From Candidatus Latescibacterota bacterium (lineage in GTDB: Bacteria > Latescibacterota > UBA2968 > SICM01): DNA of 64,000 nucleotides. This document shows, in pieces, positions 60,326-64,000 of this stretch (its first letter is position 1; every line of letters begins with the position of its first letter). The notes under the pieces were generated by a model. The model ran no database searches, was not told the DNA's origin, and saw only the letters and a list, made by a program, of their open reading frames with translations. Location of the stretch: positions 4,448,001 to 4,512,000 of the forward strand of contig CBDCJO010000002.1 of the NCBI GenBank assembly GCA_965217865.1, read 5' to 3'. Position numbers and translations under genes: made by a program.

Positions 60326-60889
60326 ATGGCGTCGGATCAAAAGGAAATCAAGACCTCTGAAGAGGATGAGAAAAAACACGCGGTCACCCCGATCGAGGTG
60401 ACTCACCCCGTAAGCGTGGATCCAGGGGACATCCGGATCCACCGGATTCCGGAGTGGCGGACTCGAATGACGATCGAAGGAGATCGTTCCTACCTCAAGG
60501 TAAAGATCGTGCGTGCGGCCCCTCTGTCCAATCCATCGAAGTATATCTGCTTCCTGGACGCGAAGGATGAGGTCATCTGCATGGTCGAGAGTTTGGAAGA
60601 TCTGGATGGGGAATCCCGAATCATCGTGCGAGAAGAACTCGACAGGAGATACATAACTGCCACGGTGAAGCGGATCTTGTCGGTGAGGAATGAATTCGGG
60701 GTCTCATACTGGGAAGTTAAGACGGACCGGGGGGATAGGGAATTCGTGGTCAAGGGGGTGTCTGAGAACGCACAGTGGCTTGGGGAGCGCCGCCTCCTGC
60801 TGGTCGACGTGGACGGCAACCGATTCGAAATACCCGATCTGGATGGGCTCGACAAGCAAAGCCTGGGTTATATTGAGCAGGTCATTTAA
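60326..60889 (+). CDS. DUF1854 domain protein
   Basis: VRAAPLSNPSKYI...EELDRRY...WEVKTDRG..F...LLVDVDGNRFEIPD. Confidence 0.85.
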   Translation: MASDQKEIKTSEEDEKKHAVTPIEVTHPVSVDPGDIRIHRIPEWRTRMTIEGDRSYLKVKIVRAAPLSNPSKYICFLDAKDEVICMVESLEDLDGESRIIVREELDRRYITATVKRILSVRNEFGVSYWEVKTDRGDREFVVKGVSENAQWLGERRLLLVDVDGNRFEIPDLDGLDKQSLGYIEQVI

Positions 60890-60893
60890 GGAA

Positions 60894-60981
60894 ATTGAAT
60901 ATTGAAAATTGAATATTGGAGGACCAAAAAGAAATCGTGAATTGTTCAAATATTCAATTCTCCGATATTCAATATTCAATG
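60894..60981. repeat. Inverted heptamer intergenic element, copy 2
   Basis: attgaat attgaaa attgaat ... ttcaaatattcaattctccgatattcaatattcaat. Confidence 0.7.
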
Positions 60982-60998
60982 GCTCTCTGCTTTACGCT

Positions 60999-61856
60999 TC
61001 ACGTTCTTTTATGATTTTCCGGCCTGAGCTTTTCCCACTCCATCAGGAAGTCTTTAAGGTGAGCGCGATGCGCCTTTTCCGATTCCCCCTGCAGCATATC
61101 CTGCAAGAGGAGCTGCTCCACTTCAAACTGTTCCGGGGATAAAAGCCCTCCGAAGTGCGCAAGACGCAGCCAGAGCAGATAGGTTGCCAGGGCGTCGAAT
61201 TCATTGTAGGCGATGATCTTATCGAGCTCACCGTCGAGCCACAGGGGGGCCACTTCGTGGCCGGCGTGACGGATCTTTCCCGGGATCCCACAAACCGTAA
61301 CCATCTCGTTCAGGGAGGGGGTGGACTTCCCCCATCCCCCGACAATTTCCATCAGGTCTATGTTCCATTCGCTCCCCCTGGCGAAGTAATCGGGCCCTTC
61401 CCAGGGTTTGTCAGGACGCGTGCAGAATTCGGGAGAGCGGATGCCGTTCGCAACTGCCCTCTGGATCAGGATCTTGAGATCGGCCGAGATGGAGTTGAAC
61501 CCGACAAGCTGGGGTTTGCTCCGGCCGATTGCATCCAGGAAGGTTTTCAGGATGTTGGCTTCGGCCGTCTGTTCCGTATCCCCGATATCCCGGGGCAAGG
61601 AAAGCAGATGCAGCTTTGTCCCCTCATCCTTCTTCACCGTGCGTACAACGGTCGATATGGAGACGACGCGACAGAGTACGGTCTTGATGTAGGGCATGGG
61701 GTCATCCCGGGTCGCGCCTCCCTTTTCCCACATGACCCGGATCACCTCTTCGTCCGAAGCCGTCTCAGGGAGTTTATAAAGCACGCGTCCCGAGGCGGGG
61801 TCGGGGATCCATTCTACATCAAAGGCCCAAACCTGGTCGAGGATTCTTTTGAACAT
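60999..61856 (-). CDS. PolB-related 3'-5' exonuclease
   Basis: WAFDVEW (ExoI), QLVGFNS..ADL (ExoII), YNEFDALATY (ExoIII). Confidence 0.88.
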   Translation of the reverse strand: MFKRILDQVWAFDVEWIPDPASGRVLYKLPETASDEEVIRVMWEKGGATRDDPMPYIKTVLCRVVSISTVVRTVKKDEGTKLHLLSLPRDIGDTEQTAEANILKTFLDAIGRSKPQLVGFNSISADLKILIQRAVANGIRSPEFCTRPDKPWEGPDYFARGSEWNIDLMEIVGGWGKSTPSLNEMVTVCGIPGKIRHAGHEVAPLWLDGELDKIIAYNEFDALATYLLWLRLAHFGGLLSPEQFEVEQLLLQDMLQGESEKAHRAHLKDFLMEWEKLRPENHKRT

Positions 61857-61947
61857 CGCTCTTTTAGAGAGTGAAAAAAGTATGAAAACATGGAAGTGGG
61901 GAATTACGGGAATAGATCGTATTTTCAACACTCCGCAATTCCGCACG

Positions 61948-63429
61948 CTATCCCTGTCTTTCCCCCGCCATAACCCCCTCCGCACGCTTCTTCCACTTTT
62001 CGTAGTTGGGTGAAAGGGTGAGGGCCCCGTCAGGCTGAGGGACCAGTTCGCCGTTCACACCACGTAGATCCCCCCGAGCTTCATTGACCCGTGCAAGGCG
62101 TTTCCGCCAGGGTTTAATCCGGGATTCATATTCGGGAAGGCAGGACAGATCTTTGCACTCCAACGGGTCCTCCTCCAGGATGAAGAATTGCTCCCGGCCC
62201 GTGTGGTGAAACCAGATATACTTCTCCCGCCCGTCGGTGACGTACTGCATGCCGTGTTTTTTCCCGTAGCAGAATGTGTGTTCTCCCTGCACAAATTCTC
62301 GCCATCCTCCAGTCTCGCCTCTGGACAACGTCAGCAGGCTTTTTCCGTCGACCGAACCGGGGATGTCAACTCCCGCGGCGTCGAGGAATGTAGGCATGAT
62401 GTCGCGGAGCTCGATCGGCTGGTCGAAGACCCGGTTGCGCGGGAAGGACCAGGCGGCGGGGTATCTCATGAGGAAGGGGACTCGTGCTGAGCCTTCGTAG
62501 GCGTATGTCTTCCGCCAGTGATAGTGATCACCCATCATGTCTCCATGGTCGGAGGTGAAGAGGATGAGGGTGTTGGCATAAGCATCGGGGTCGTGCCGCG
62601 TCAGTTCATAGAGAAAGCGTCCGATCTGGTGGTCGATGAAGGTGATGTTCCCGTAATAGCCCGCGCGAGCTCTGTGGACCTCCGCGTCGCTCCGGTGGGT
62701 CCGAGCGGCGTTGACGTCGGCGATCTTCCGATCGAATTCGGATGCCCAGTCGCCTATTGCGGGTTTGGGAACATCCCGATTGTTGACGTACATGTCATAA
62801 TAAACCTGAGGTGAATCGTAGGGTGAGTGGGGCCTGGCGAAGGACAACCAGATGAAAAAGGGCCTGGTGGGATCCCGATTCTGGAGGAATTTGATACCTT
62901 CGCCCGCGGTCCAGTGAGTGGGGTGGAGGTGCTCTTGAAGGTGGCTGGGCCTTGCCATCCAGCTGTTCCAGTCGATGCTGTGATCCCTGTAGCCGTAAGC
63001 GCCTTCTTTATGTTCTTCGAACCAGAGGTGGTAGTCGCTGATAAATTTACCCTGGCGTCGTCCACTTTCGTCCAGGACCAGGTGGTGGAAACCGTATAGC
63101 CTGCGCTGGGGGGAGTGATGCATTTTGCCCACGGCCTGAGTGTGGTATCCGGCCTTTGCCAGTTCTCCCGGCAGGGTCGCCGGATACTCGAGTGCGTCGC
63201 CCCCGGTCATGGTGAGGCGGCCGTGGTTCCACTGGTCCATCCCGGTCAGGATGGCCGCGCGGGCAGGGGTACAGGAAGGCACCGCCGTGTAGGCGTGGTT
63301 GAAGCGGACGCCCTGTTCGGCAAGTTCATCCAGATAAGGGGTCTCGAGCACCGGATGCCCGTCACATCCGAGGCAGTCCCCGCGCTGCTGATCCGTAGTG
63401 ATCAATATCAGGTTCGGTCGTGTTGGCAT
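61948..63429 (-). CDS. Sulfatase (arylsulfatase-like, Cys-type)
   Basis: PNLILITTDQQR, SCTPARAAILTG, GKMH, RPHSP, TSDHGDMMGDH. Confidence 0.95.
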   Translation of the reverse strand: MPTRPNLILITTDQQRGDCLGCDGHPVLETPYLDELAEQGVRFNHAYTAVPSCTPARAAILTGMDQWNHGRLTMTGGDALEYPATLPGELAKAGYHTQAVGKMHHSPQRRLYGFHHLVLDESGRRQGKFISDYHLWFEEHKEGAYGYRDHSIDWNSWMARPSHLQEHLHPTHWTAGEGIKFLQNRDPTRPFFIWLSFARPHSPYDSPQVYYDMYVNNRDVPKPAIGDWASEFDRKIADVNAARTHRSDAEVHRARAGYYGNITFIDHQIGRFLYELTRHDPDAYANTLILFTSDHGDMMGDHYHWRKTYAYEGSARVPFLMRYPAAWSFPRNRVFDQPIELRDIMPTFLDAAGVDIPGSVDGKSLLTLSRGETGGWREFVQGEHTFCYGKKHGMQYVTDGREKYIWFHHTGREQFFILEEDPLECKDLSCLPEYESRIKPWRKRLARVNEARGDLRGVNGELVPQPDGALTLSPNYEKWKKRAEGVMAGERQG

Positions 63430-63487
63430 TCTGAAAGTCCTATGTGTCACAGATGACCGATAGCGGTTTATCTATCCGCGACCCATC

Positions 63488-63856
63488 CTATGTTGTCTTC
63501 CTGTTTGTCTCCTCCGCTTCCCTTAACCCCTCACCGTCGAAAGCACCCGTGCGTTTGTACCACTGTCTTGCGAATACCAGGATCGCAAGTACGCTGAAGA
63601 TGATCCCGCCGATCCCACCGGCCTTTACCGAATAGGAAACGATGATTTGCGGGGGAAATTCCAGGTAGATCAGACCGAATATCAGGAGGAAGAAGATCGG
63701 GGATAAAAAGGGATGACCGCCTGTGAGGAGATAACGAAGCGGGAACCCGGTCTGAACCGGATCCCCGCCCAGGCGAGAGTCGTCCACGGGGATGAGAGAG
63801 GCGAAGAACTGCCCCAGGCCCCAGGAAAAGATGACGGTGTTGATGATGTCCCACAT
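63488..63856 (-). CDS. Small membrane protein of unknown function
   Basis: GAGG RBS, ATG at 63856, about three hydrophobic helices. Confidence 0.6.
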   Translation of the reverse strand: MWDIINTVIFSWGLGQFFASLIPVDDSRLGGDPVQTGFPLRYLLTGGHPFLSPIFFLLIFGLIYLEFPPQIIVSYSVKAGGIGGIIFSVLAILVFARQWYKRTGAFDGEGLREAEETNRKTT

Positions 63857-64000
63857 TTCCTCGCCTGACTCCAATCGAATTTACGCACAATCGGGTTCCA
63901 ATATGTCAAGATATCCGGTAGGCGCAGTTCGTCAAGGGTTTTTGGTGAATGGTGATGGGTGAAAGGATCACTTAAATCCCGTCTCAACAAAGCCTATCGT

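Overview
Bacterial genomic window, moderately GC-rich. A secreted protein ending in an NYPNPFNP-type sorting domain and a Cys-type sulfatase hint at an FCB-group/Latescibacterota-like organism (inference only). No rRNA, tRNA or CRISPR array was recognised. Layout: (1) 1-19.7 kb is an accessory patchwork of small genes (VOC, ankyrin, GNAT, MFS, serine hydrolase) with one clear attC site, two type II TA loci, a DDE insertion sequence and broken TPR genes. (2) 20-25.9 kb is a sulfur-linked cluster (NUDIX, cysK, triple-DUF5069 protein, TauE, Gfo/Idh/MocA, glutaredoxin). (3) 26.1-38.4 kb is the most interesting block: a co-oriented cluster of ECF sigma/anti-sigma, multiheme cytochrome c, YyaL-like thioredoxin protein, TlpA, outer-membrane barrel, two circularly permuted DUF3179 lipoproteins, an ArsM-like methyltransferase and a DUF3179 selenoprotein (UGA plus SECIS-like hairpin), with two matching ECF-type promoters. 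(4) 38.7-52.3 kb holds a two-component set, a 34-copy heptamer array, a multi-CHRD secreted protein, a spermidine-synthase-like fusion and BlaI/BlaR1-VOC-VOC. (5) 52.5-54.8 kb is an integrase-less attC cassette cluster carrying an IS200-derived mini-element. (6) 55.7-64 kb holds tandem ABC exporters with DUF1854, an exonuclease and a sulfatase. Many genes carry frameshifts or internal deletions, which may be real decay or sequencing/assembly error. Family assignments come from motif recognition, not database searches.
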